DNA of 64,000 nt from Amoeboaphelidium protococcarum X5 (lineage: Eukaryota; Fungi; Aphelidiomycota). A model generated the notes under the pieces. The model worked only from the letters and a program-made list of their open reading frames with translations. It did no database searches and was not told the DNA's origin. The stretch covers positions 1 through 64,000 of the forward strand of contig JALDTO010000266.1 in the NCBI GenBank assembly GCA_023515725.1, written 5' to 3'. Position numbers and translations under genes: made by a program. Below are positions 41,970-54,082 of this stretch, piece by piece (position 1 is the first letter of the stretch; every line of letters begins with the position of its first letter).

Positions 41970-43889
41970 ATGCCAGTAGAAATTGGGGACGTGTTATTAG
42001 ATATCAAGTACAGAAAAAGTGAAGATATATACGTGAATCATTGTAATGAAGAGTACCTACTGCTCAAAGTGAGCCAAGCCTAGACAAATTCTGATGCATA
42101 GTAAAAGCAACAAGTCTACAAAATAGATCTGATTGACATGAATGGAAAAGATGTCAAAACTTGGATTATGGCTGATAATGGACGCGTCATTTGCATTAAA
42201 TCCGCCACTATAAAGGATAAAACTGTATTTTATGCTTTAATGAAGGATTGCTAGAGGGGCGATGGTTGTGCATATCGCGTTAAATTTTGGTATCTAACTG
42301 ATGATATCGAACAGGCCTTGACGAAAGATTATAGCGCGGGGATTGCTGATATGTTTCCTATTGTAGTTAATGGAGACTAGATTAGAGTGTTGGTAGTATT
42401 AATCAGCGGTCGGATCATCTTAGCTGATGAAGCTCTTAGTGTAATATCAGAAGTGGACTGCGGTGTCGATGGTAAAGTTACTAAATCCTTCTATGAACAA
42501 CAAAAGTTGTGTGTTGTCGACAATGGCGCGTCATTGTGCTTTGTTAAAGTTTCGCTGAATTCATTACACTGCGGGGAGGATCGAAAGACATTGCCATCCA
42601 ACACGGCTCTTGTTGGCTTTTAGGATTCAGTGTTATTGGTTCAAAATCTAAATACGCGTAAATTTGGAGTGATAAGTTTTGCGGCGAATTCAATAGACAG
42701 ACAGTTTATTGATATTGCCCAATAGTCTGTAGAGTGTGTTTGTCCTATCGGTGAATAGCATCTTGTTCTATCTCTAAAGCAGCATGCCGATAGTTAAAAG
42801 TAGGATATTCTGTTTTATGATGTCGAGTATGGTTTAGATGTGAGTTAGAAATCTTTGTCACTGGACGGCGCAATCAAAGATTTAAAAGTTATCTGCGCTC
42901 CTGATTAAAAGTATTTGTGTCTTAGAACTCTTAACTCAGTAGTAATTATGCCATTTGATGTATAGTAGAATCATATTGCTGATCTTTTATCACTACTGCC
43001 TTATACTCAGAAATAAAGCATGGACAATGAGAGCAAATCTGTGATGATTGATGATCTTCGGCAGAGATATTTGAAGCAGAAGGATTTACCATCTCCTGAT
43101 GAGTTAGATGCGATTGTTGTTGCGATGGCTCAGCATTAATTATACTGCCCAAAATTGATGAGAGATGTGATCTGTGGAGGTGTTGATTTGACTGAGGAAA
43201 CTATGTAGTTGATACTAGACCAGTAAGATGTCGAAACTTTACTATTTGCGTGTCAACACTCTACAAATCTTACTGAAGAATGTCTTATCCATGCACTTGG
43301 ATGGTTCTTGGATCGTGTAGCCTTGAGAGATTTGGAGGATGTTGGCGCGTTGATTGATCTGCAAAAGCGTATCGCCACAGAATTAGGACTGCAATTGTAA
43401 GCGCTGGAGTTGAGCTTGTAGTAATTTATGTCTATTCCAGTAACAGTGCCTTTTCTGGTCAAAGCTTTGTCTGCGCTTAGTGTTGATCATGTCAAGATTC
43501 TGCTTCATACTACGTCTGTGTAGATACGTAGGCTAGACACAGAGTTTGTATTAAGTAGTTAGCTTCGTGAGTTTTATCTATTGACATTTGATCAATGCTT
43601 ACTCTGGACTCAATGCCTTATTGATTCACATTTATCGTCAATAATTTCTGACCACTATCTAAGCTCTTGGCTGAAGGAGTTCCGATGGTATCTGAAAAGT
43701 CGAGTATCGGTTACGCGTGAAGCTAGTGAAATATCCGGACTCTTAACATCAGCGTATAAAATTTAGTAAAAGTTCGAATGGCAATCATCATAGCAGAAGA
43801 AGAATCGCAAATCTAGCAAGTAGGCAAAATCAACTTTACAGCTTTTAACTGCTCCTTATGGTGTTGAGATTATTGACTGGAGTCAATGA
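41970..43889 (+). CDS. NOL11/Utp8-like nucleolar protein (tentative)
   Basis: 639-aa ORF with TAR=Gln; beta-rich N-terminal half, helical C-terminal half, WTQCLIDSH and terminal PYGVEIIDW resemble NOL11/Utp8 C-termini. Confidence 0.55.
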
Positions 43890-44013
43890 ATAAAATTGAT
43901 CATTGACCGTGTTGATCGGCTGAAAATATAATGACGTAGTTTTCACTGATCATCTGTTCCTCTTCATTCCTATTATTGTAGATCTGTTATAACTTTTGCA
44001 AGCGATCCAAACA

Positions 44014-44355
44014 ATGTTACGAAGAATCAATACAATTTCATTAGTCAGGCCTTTAAGATTCAGGGTTGATTTCAATAAAGCGGTAGGACCATCTCCATTG
44101 CCTCTAAATCCTTAAGAAGAGATGGAAAGGCAGCGGCTGTTGAAGGAGCAAGAAAGGCAAGATGCTGAAAATTTGATTAAATTGAATCAGGGAAGTAATG
44201 ACAAGGATGTTAGACATTAGGATGCTGAGCGCGAACCATTGCCAGCGTTCAAGGATAATATCAATCCAGTTACAGGTGAAGTAAATGGGCCTAAAGGTAT
44301 TGAGCCAACACGATTTGGCGATTGGGAAAGGAAGGGTCGCGTCACTGATTTTTGA
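44014..44355 (+). CDS. SDHAF4: Succinate dehydrogenase assembly factor 4 (Sdh8/DUF1674)
   Basis: NPVTGEVNGPKGIEPTRFGDWERKGRVTDF; Arg-rich mitochondrial presequence. Confidence 0.95.
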
Positions 44356-44448
44356 TGACCATTGTTACAAATACAATTTAAATAATGGTAATATCTTTCA
44401 CTTGAATTAAAGCAATGTAATTTTATATGTCTTGGTAATATGAATTCA

Positions 44449-45046
44449 TCATTATCGAGTAAGATACCCAAGTAGACACTTTTCCAACAGATGATCAGCG
44501 TTCACCCAAGCATGATATTTCACTACAATATACACTGAGACCCGGTAATTAACATGAGATTATAAACTACAACAATAGATAAAAATTTACAAAATTTCTA
44601 GGTTGCGTCTTTGCCAGCAACACCCATCAACATTTACACCCCGCCTGGATGGTACCTTAAATATGGTGTGATATTATAGACTTTGCCATGGAGTACAAGC
44701 CATGCGTCGTCTTATGTCTTGTGTTGCGCAACCTGATCCATTGTAAACTTTTGTGGCACGTTCTACTTCTACATTATATAGCATCACAAATGGATATCAT
44801 TGAGATATACGCTAATCGAGAATAAGCTAATCAATATATCATTACTCTATCGCGGGAATATACTGCCCAGTCAAGAGGACTAAATCCCGGCTCAAGCTCA
44901 ACCTTCTTTCGCGATGAGACCACAGGCCGCACTGGACTAAGATAATCTTTCTCTTAATTGGATGAGCTGGAGGCACGCTGAATAGAGCCCATCATTGGAA
45001 ACAGTGGCAGTTTAGACTTTGAATTCTAGTCATCCTCATCAGACAT
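44449..45046 (-). CDS. Cytochrome b5-like heme-binding protein, Irc21-like (introns about 44769-44845 and 44523-44590)
   Basis: RKKVELEPGFSPLDW, DDAWLVLHGKVYNITPYLRYHPGG, AGKDAT, KYHAWVN. Confidence 0.9.
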
Positions 45047-45250
45047 TATTATTATTATTATTAGTTCGGATCTAGTTGAAAATTACAGTATATGGCAGTT
45101 GTTCTCCGTAAGCACCTCCTCAAGACAAAGAAGCGAAAATTTTTGGTGAAACGAAGAATCAATCGGGGCTCTACATACTGTATGTTGCAGAAAGATAATC
45201 AAATGAAAGACTGGATTAATTAGACTCTAATGGGGCAATATATTCCCTCT

Positions 45251-45721
45251 TCATATCTTGAGAGCACCTTTTCTGCTGTCTAGGAGAAGCAATTTGACTG
45301 AGCACATTAACGCGAACGCTACCAAGCCGACAGGAGACAGGCCCCAGAGTAGAGCGACTAGAATCATCAAAATGTGCGGTAACTTAACATAGTCATTTAT
45401 GCGGAAACACATCAGCAGAGAAATCGCATCCCCCATCCAAAAATGCAGCCAGCTCATCAAGACAAACTCTTTCAGTTGCAAACATTTGGCAAAACCATCT
45501 AGACTCAGCATGTCCATATCGGTTGGCACTTTCTATCCATTGAAAGACTTTCCAGTGATTACAATGTACGATATGATCACGGTATACGCGACAGCTGGAA
45601 GCAGCGCTGCCAAAGCAATAGCGACATTAACGTAACGGCTCTTTGGCGCAATGGCCAGGTAGACGAATGCAATCAAGCAAATAAAAGTGCTCTTATATAC
45701 GATATCTAAAGCCTGCATCAT
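45251..45721 (-). CDS. ABA4-like / DUF4281 membrane protein (156 aa)
   Basis: Four hydrophobic segments; SLDGF, WLHFWMGD, SPVGL pattern as in the ABA4/DUF4281 family; two track ORFs join through TAG. Confidence 0.65.
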
Positions 45722-45889
45722 ATTGAAAGCGTGTAGTTCAAATCAATCTAAAGTCAATCAGGAGTAGAAAACGGTGACACACTCTCCTGGATCCTTCTAT
45801 AACTGGTTGTAAAGAGTGGCGAATTAGTATTGCACTAAGAACGCGTAACCACTTTTTAATTAAACATTAATATGTAAATAGTGTCAGTA

Positions 45890-46400
45890 TCATTATTCAA
45901 TGGCTCCCTTCAATTGATCATAGTACTGGCTCATTGCTTCTGCATTAAACTTTAGAGAATTCCAATCTTTAATCACTAATCCAGAGCTAGTAAGAGGCTT
46001 TGGAATCATGTGAAAGTGAACCTACAATATTAAGAGATTACGATTAAATAAAATATATCATAATTGATAAAGACAATCTTACGTGTGGAACTTCCTAATG
46101 AGCAATACCGCCATTGTTCTGCAGAATATTGTATCCAATTTCCTCACCATCTCTCTAGAGTCCCTGTTGCTTCGCCAACTTGACATAGCCACGCGCAACT
46201 TGCCTCATAACAATCGATAAATCCTTAAGACCATCATCGTTTTGCAAGTCGTGTAAATACCTGCTATGCTCTTTGGGAATGATGACTGTATGATGAGCAG
46301 AAAGTGGTCCAATATCCTGGAATGCCAGCGTATACTGAGTTTCCACCAGGATCTTTGCCGGAATTTCCTTAGCGATAATTCTACAAAAAATGCAGCTCAT
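45890..46400 (-). CDS. HNT1: HIT-family hydrolase Hint1/Hnt1 (intron 46022-46082)
   Basis: CIFCRII, AFQDIGPLS, YNILQNNGGIAH(Q=TAG)EVPH/VHFHMIPK. Confidence 0.95.
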
Positions 46401-46773
46401 ATATTACTAAAGTTCTGTAATGATATTGTTATTGTTTAGACCAAATAAAGTGACAAGGTAAATGAAGAGAGATTATAAGAGCGGGGAAATGACTAAGAAC
46501 TAAGCGATATCCAAGCAGATTGGCAATTCGCGTCAGTCATCGCATCAAATCTACCATAACATTCACACTAAAATTTAAAGTATCTGTGCTTGAAATAGTT
46601 TTATAAATTTCAACAAGAACATAAAGATTCACGCGGGCATTTTTTTAGAAAGCTGTTCTGTAACAATCAATCGTTTCATTTCATAGAGAATATTTGTTGG
46701 GTCGATCACTGACTGATTTGAAAAATCCTCCATTTTGAATTCTGCTTGCAACTTTAATTTAGAACGACAGAAT

Positions 46774-47478
46774 ATGAATCAAGAGAAAGGTAAATAACAG
46801 GCATAATAGTAGAAGCGATAGTAGGGCGATGTGAATAATTAATCGCATGGTTAGTCCTGGTTTAAGTAATAATAACATCATGCTGATATAAATTTGGGAA
46901 GTTCTTTCACTTAGTTCCTGAATGCTGCTCATAATCTGCCAGATTTTGTCCATGGTAATAGTACACTTGGTACATCTTTTAATATGAATGAACACGACGC
47001 TGCTGGTTCCAGTATGCTGGCATTGAATGATCCGCTGAATAATAGTACAAACATAGTGATGGATGACCCTTTGAATCATAGCGGGAGTGGTGCATTTGGT
47101 ATATCCCATCTGTTGCAGCAGCATCATAACAATCATGGTCAGTCGAGTTCTCATCTTTCCTCGCTGTAGAATTAGCAAGATCAAATGGTTGGTAATAAAA
47201 CCAGCATTCTACCTGGACTTCATCTTAACTTTAATAACGCCTCATAAATGCTTACACCGCTCAGCGCTGGACTTTACTCTCAAGATCAACTTAATCTAGG
47301 AAATTTGAATAATGGCGGCGGCATCCCCCAAGATATTCCTCTGTAATAGTAGCAGTAACAATAACAGCCATAGTTTAGAATTAAATCCAATGGACCTATC
47401 ACATCGCGATTCAACTTGAACCTGTAAAATAGCAATTCTCCAACATCAATGATGATTAATCAGAGTTAGGTAATATGA
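46774..47478 (+). CDS. Hypothetical Asn/Gln/His-rich low-complexity protein (234 aa)
   Basis: ATG-TGA ORF with TAR=Gln; mixed-codon Q runs; no folded domain recognised. Confidence 0.6.
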
Positions 47479-47565
47479 AAGAATGTAGTAATAAAAATTC
47501 CAAATCTATTCTACTTTACATTTCAATTATTCTTAATACTTATCTATCATCCATCCATCCATAAA

Positions 47566-48192
47566 TCATAACGACGTTCCCACCTCTGGAGTCTTGGTGT
47601 TTTTGGCCACAAATTAATGCAGTTATTCACGTCGTTAACGCAACTGTTCCAACACCCATTTCATGCCCTCGCGGCTCTTTTCAATGTTAACTCCGAATCT
47701 TTTCAAGCCAAACTGTTCAATCTTGTTCGTGATTCCCCATCCAAATGAACTCACAATTCTTGCCTAAGCATTCACTAATGTCCAGCTACTATTATTCTCA
47801 TGGGGCTTGTACTCCAGCGTTTCCTCGATGGCCATTATACCGCGATGGGACAAATTTTTAGTCTTTGTGATCATCACCCGCTCCACTGGATCCACAACGG
47901 ATTCCTCTATAATATACGCATAATTATTCTTCATAATCTTGAATCCCCATTTCGGTACATTGCCAGTCTTTAGAAATATCCGCGTCGAGTGTAGCCGGCC
48001 ATCAGGTGTGAGTTTCCTCTCAATCGTGTCGGATGATATGACATGTGACGCAAATGGATTCGGATACTTGAGCCACTATGCCATGCTCACATCACTCCAA
48101 GGGTGTCTACAATACAAAGCAATTATAAATGTATAACTTGGATTGTATTTCTAGACTTACTCGTAGAAAAATTTTGATTTATATAATTTCAT
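47566..48192 (-). CDS. PRELI-domain mitochondrial lipid transfer protein, Ups1-like (intron 48107-48160)
   Basis: YEHPWSDVSMAQWLKYPNPFASHVISSD, KTGNVPKW, IIEESVVDP, NLSH, KSREGM. Confidence 0.92.
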
Positions 48193-48363
48193 GATTGTTG
48201 TATCTGCTGGTAAGGTCTGTATAAAATGTGCGTCGAGAAATGATTGATTCGGTGAAGGCAGAGAGAAAAGGTTTGATGGCGAAGCTTTTGTGATCTGACG
48301 ATATTGGAACGCGGTACCAAATCTAGATGAATTATCACAGTTACAATATATATATAATTAAAA

Positions 48364-49647
48364 TCATTCTTCATCTGGTTGCTTTGCGGATAAATTCTAC
48401 TCTTGAAGTTCCACTTTAGACTCATCTTTAGTTGATATTTGTTATCTAAGAAGCTTCAGCTACTATTTCTCAATCCAATCTTTATGCAAATCTTCCCATA
48501 CATCAGTCTTGATCTACACCTCCTCATCTCCAAGAAGCATCGCCTCAATTTCCTCATCATTTTCAAGATCGGACCAAGTGCTCACATTCGAATCCACAAC
48601 TGCATCAGTCCAAGTTCTCTCGAAGCGCAGAGTTGTGTCAGCTTGAGGTTCTTTTCTTCCACTTACATTACTAAATGTAGCATTAGATGATGAAACATCT
48701 ACATCTGCAGTGTATGGATGGTGAATAGCACTCGATGTTGATACCTAAATCTGATGTGTTCTAGACTGCTGTTTGAAAGACGGAGGGTGACATTCTTCAG
48801 TCAGATCAGTCACACGAAACTGATCCACAGACAACTCGGCCGATGGAGTCTCCATAAATTCATTCAAGCGACTACGCAGAGTCATATCACCAATTTTCAC
48901 CACGCGGATAATGTCATACTGTGTTCGCTTAAAGCCATGCATTCGGCAAGCAATCAGGAGAGAAGCACCACAAATTCCATTGGGACGTCTTCCCAAATGG
49001 ATCCAGTCGCGTTTCATGCGTTAGACGAGACGAAGCGCGTCTGTTGTGACTTGATGAGTCTTCTCGCCCAATTCGAGCTGAGCGGCGAAACGAGAAAGAT
49101 AAAGAGACGGGTCGATGAGAGGCAGTTTCAGATCTAGTACGCGTATCAGCTTGAGAAATGTATTACCAAGGGAGTAGACATTGATATGCAAAACATCACT
49201 GAAATCTATGAGCATATGCACAGTCTTCTCCTACCGACAGACGATGTAAAGGCAGGCGGCAATAACATGAGAGCCTTTCCTTCCCTGCGTGAACTCTTTC
49301 ATCAGGGCCATTTTGTAGCATTGAGTGGCTCTATCGATGTGATAATCATTCAACCCTTTCAGCGCATATGCCACCTCTTAAATTTTTCTCTTGGCATTAG
49401 CGATAGTCTCCTCTCTGGATTATGATGCATTGATACGTCTATTACGCAAGGTGAGTGACCTCAGACCGGTACGATCTTGAGCAACAAATTAGCCTATCAT
49501 TCTAGACGATCCATCGCCACCTTCGATAAACGTCACCTCACTCGTAATAGTATTTTCTTCCACGACAACACCACAGGATGTACAATAGGATGATCCAGTT
49601 GTGCTGTCATATTCAATAATGGATCCAGGACAACTCTCGCACGGCAT
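48364..49647 (-). CDS. BRF1: TFIIIB subunit Brf1
   Basis: Zn ribbon CESC/CTSCG, AACLYIVCR, HMLIDFSD, IDPSLYLSRFA, MKRDWIHLGRRPNGICGASLLIACRMHGF, homology block II (DEEIEAMLLGDEEV.IK..VW). Confidence 0.96.
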
Positions 49648-50398
49648 TCTCGAACAAGGTACCTGTTAGGTACAGACAGGACAATGGTACAGGCAAAGAA
49701 GCTTAAGTGACTGGTGTTGATGAAAAAAGGAAAAATTAGCACGAAGCGAAAATCGTAACAACTTTCAGCTATATTCGCGCGTCCCGTTTCAGCCTCCTTG
49801 ATTTTGAAAGTGCAAGCTCAATGTGAGTTGTCAATATCATTTGCATTAACTTCTTAGTTCTTACAATTATTTTGTTGTTGATACTAATGTCAGCCAATTG
49901 ATAGATTGCTGCATACAACAGAGAAAATCACACACAACTTTGTTTAACACCTGCGCTCTCTTTTTGCAGACAAGCAACGCGAAAATCTAAACTTTTCTCC
50001 CCATCTCCGTTAACTTCTTTTTTTACGAATAAAGCATCCCATACAAAGCTCTTAATCCCATTCCATACGGCAAAGCTACCCGATGTTGTAGATTTGATGA
50101 ATAAAAAATATCGATTTGATCGCTAAACTAGTAGTCAATGTGAAGAATGTCGCGAGCCAGTGAAGGACTTGAGTGAATGATTTCAGCAGCAAACAAACAA
50201 GAGTTTCCTATCCATGGTGTTAATTAGTCACCGAATAGCCTCTCTCTCTCTGGACTGAAGTTTAAGTCGCTAATCCGATAGAGATTCCAGTGGAAATGTC
50301 CTTTCTATTAAAGTCGCTGGAAATTAAGAACTAGTATATAAAAACGCTACCCCTGGCGCATTCTACGTATTTAATACGCAAACGTAAAAAACTGTAAT

Positions 50399-51244
50399 AT
50401 GGAGGAATAGTTGCCAATTTACTATAGTTATAACTGGCCCGAATCTGCGAATATTTGGCACTATGATGACAAATGGGCTCTGGAACAAGGCCTGAGACGC
50501 TATGGAATGTAGCACAATAAGTTTGAACTGATGATGCATGATTCGGAGCTTTCTGATTTGACCACCTATGAGGTGGAAGAACTGCAGCGTAAGGCTGTAG
50601 AAGTACTCCAGTAGATGGTAAGAGTCGGGCGCTCCATGGAGCAGATGGGTGGATTCATCTTGGCTGCAAGTAGTGTTGAGGAATACATAAACGACTCTGA
50701 CTACCCTCGCTAGATGAGGCTGGAGTATGAAGCTTTTGCTGCAGAGAAAGCAGCCTATCTGGCAACTGTCCTGTCGCTGGATGTGGCTAACGGATAGAGA
50801 CTTTCTTCTCCGTTACCTTGGAGATTGCCTACTCCTCTCCCTACTCTGTCTGAAATTTATGAGTATATGAAGGATAATGGTACTGAGAGTAGGTAGTCTC
50901 TGGAGCGAATTATCGTGTCTATTGGCCCAGTAGGTCGCTGTCCATTTTCGTTTATCACTAAATCTACCAATCATGAAAAGGTATGAGATATTAGTGCTAT
51001 GAATGGAAATCAAAGATATTAAACAAGGATACCTGGGCAGAGAATTTGGGAGTCGCGTGGTGTTAAGGTAGAGTATTTGCGGAAATCTAGATTGTTTAAT
51101 ATAATGATAGTCATCTAACCAAACTAGATGGAGACTACTCTTACTCGGATGGTTCGTCCTCGTCCCGGTGTGTGTCCTGATGCTGCGTCTCTATTGTCTG
51201 GCCCGTCATTTATTTCCGTCTAAGCGATACTATAATAAGATTGA
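50399..51244 (+). CDS. Hypothetical protein with divergent N-terminal Myb/SANT (telobox-like) domain; predicted introns 50981-51040 and 51068-51127
   Basis: WHYDDKWALEQGLRRYG...DSELSDL...ELQRKA resembles a telobox Myb; exon 1 open for 194 codons; second intron has CTAAC branch point. Confidence 0.55.
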
Positions 51245-51658
51245 AAATCACTGAACAATAAAAACCAATCTATGAAACCCTTTAATCATCGTGCCTCGTT
51301 GGAGATTTATCCTACATTTTTCACTTCTTGAATTTTTGACTTTGGACCTGTATGCAAAATGATGTTTATGGCTTTGACCTGCATGCCAAAAATAATGATC
51401 TATATACAGTCCAACTACATGTTTATAATGGCATCGTGTTGATAGATGAACTTACGCATTGTAAGATTTCATTGTATGTCGCTCAGTTTTTGAAATTTCC
51501 TGTGATGATCTGCTCTCCTTTCGAGCATTTTTTTGCTTTCTCGCGGTCGACTTTGTGTTGTGCACAAAGCGTTAATTCCCTTTACAGATTTCACAAGTAG
51601 AGAGTAGTAGCGGTAGTACTGTAGTATAAATACGGCAGTTCTCTAGATTTTATACGTC

Positions 51659-53161
51659 ATGAGCAGCAGCGGTAGTAAAAAGAGTTCGTTTGCTGGATTT
51701 AATAGCAGTGCTGATCCTCGACTTATGGTATAATAATCACAATAGTAGTAGATGCAGCAGCAGCAGTAGTAGTAGTAATCCTAATTGAAAGCACCTTTGT
51801 AATAGCAACTGCAGCAACAATCGTATGGTATGTCTGATTACGGCTATTATTCATACGATGGTCAGCTATAATAATAATAGTAGTAGTAGTAGCCGTATTA
51901 GCCTCAGCAATCATCTTTTGCAATGGAGTAGACATATGCCAATATATCGTCTTTCGCATAACAACCGAAAGAGTTCAAGCTGTAGTCTGAAGATTTCCCT
52001 GCATTGTCTTCTACTGCATCTAATGCGAATGCTAGTGCTGGCAATAATAATGCTTCTATGAATGGCTCTCAATCGTCGTAGTAACGAGGTCGGTAGAATA
52101 CAAAGTTTTCAGAGACTGGTAGTGGTAGTGGCAGGGGTGGACAAAGTAAATCGACTTGGAATGGTTCTGCTATCATCTCAAAGTCACAGTAATAGCAACA
52201 ACAATAGTAACAGTAGTAGCAGTAGTAGTAATTGCTTCAGTAGCAACAACAATAGTAGTAATAGTAGCAATTGAAGTAGTAGCAGTAAATGTCTTCACAA
52301 TAGTCGCATTAAATGTCCTAATCGTCGCCCCAGTCTGGCGGCAATGGTAATGGGAGTAGTGTTGGCGCTGTGGATAACAGTTCCCTTACTTCGGATAGAT
52401 TTGGTTTGATTGGTTTGCTTGGTGTTATTAGGATGACTGATGCAGATTTGAATACTTTAGCTCTTGGTACTGATTTGACTACTCTGGGTCTAGATCTGGC
52501 TGCAGATCAGACACTTAGTTAGTCGTTTAGTGGTGCTATACATTCGGACGTGGTTCTTGATAAAGTTATTCTTAATCCTGATGGTAAAGTTGCCGGACTT
52601 CCGTACTGCTATCAATTTCCGCTCAGTTCAGATTCGCAATCCGTGAAATTTGCCAGCTTAAGTGAAGATTGTCTATTCTATGTGTTTTACACTTGCTGTC
52701 GAGGAGATGTCAAGTCACTGCAGTTGTGTGCCGCTAGCGAACTTTATGCGCGATCATGGAGATTCTAACGGCAGCATTAGGTGTGGATCTATCAAGCCAG
52801 TCAAGATTAGAAATTGGAAGAAGCATTCGTCTGGGATGTCGCGTCATGGAGTAAAGTCGGTATTGATGCCACAGTGATTGATCTATCTGATTGCCTGCCT
52901 GTGGAAATGTTTAGAAAGATTTAAAACCGATCGGGCGCGTCAGTTCATAATCTCGCACGCGGCGGTAGTAATGCTAATAATAATCGCGGCTCGACTCTTC
53001 TCGGCGCGGACAATGAGAAAGTGAGCAGCGACGCGACGTTGAATCATCGGTCTGCCGTGAATTCAACGCTCGGCTCAGTGGTTGGTCTAGGCGGTGCTAG
53101 CAGTGGTAATATAGGCAGTAGATATGGGGAAGATGGCTTAATATCTAGATAGAACCTTTGA
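51659..53161 (+). CDS. NOT2: CCR4-NOT subunit Not2
   Basis: SEDFPAL, DRFGLIGLLGVIRM, LALGTDLTTLGLDL, LFYVFY, AASELYARSWRF; long polyQ tracts in TAG/TAA/CAG/CAA codons. Confidence 0.93.
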
Positions 53162-53386
53162 TAAATATACATGCTTCTATATTATTATAAAGATCTTGAA
53201 AATTCTTTTTAGTTTCCAGCTTGGTGTTAATCTGAGAACTCACATTGCATTCCAACTTTGTGTCACGCGCGAACTGATTCATCGTTCAAAGGGGAACGTT
53301 GAAATCAGGAAATAAAGTCTTGGCTCTTTTACTCTGCACTTTACACTTTTATTGATCTAAAAACATAAGCATTAATATTTCTGAAA

Positions 53387-53980
53387 ATGGCATCAAACGG
53401 AAATGGCAATAGTGGGACTCCCCCTCCTTAGTACAGTAGTGAGTAGAAACTGTATCCAAACGTGGACAACAATGTGGCTTATAATTCTTCATCGTCCAAT
53501 CACAATTAGCCCTCTGCTCCTCCTCAAGCTCATTTGAATTCACCTCAAGAATATAACACTTATAATAATAACAATAATTATCCTGTAAATGGCGGTCAGA
53601 CTAGTCAATAGAGTAATCAAGTGGCTTTGATTTAGAGTCCACCTGCCGCAGCTGCTCATCCTAACAATAATTAGCCTCAGAATTACAACAGCAACAATCA
53701 ACCAATTGTGACTAACAACAAGTAAGGGGAGGTAAAGTTGCGCAAGTAGAAACTGGGAGATTAGCCAACAATTGTCTTTTGCCCAAAGTGTAAGACTAAC
53801 AGGATGACGCGTACAGTTTAAACTTCTGGATGCTGCACTTGGCTGGGATGTTCGTTTCTGTCCGTGTTGTGCTGTTGCATGCCATGTTGTCTGCTTCCCT
53901 TCTGTTGCCGCGGTTGCATGGACATTCATCATGAGTGTTCTGTATGTGGAACATCAATTGGTTAATATCACAGAATTTGA
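53387..53980 (+). CDS. LITAF-domain protein
   Basis: N-terminal PPPQY and PSAPP; FCPKC...hydrophobic Cys-rich stretch...HECSVC. Confidence 0.9.
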
Positions 53981-54082
53981 GTTTTGTCGAAAGTCGTTTG
54001 AATACGCAATATATCTTTACTTAAGAATACATTACTGATTACATACATCATAATTGTTTTATTTATTGCTCAATTTTATCAC

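Noticed and set aside
51723-52350. Ser/Asn-, Val- and Thr-rich ORFs and apparent (TAG/CAG/CAA)n repeats
   Set aside because: Alternate frames of the NOT2 polyQ tracts; coding sequence, not separate genes or an array
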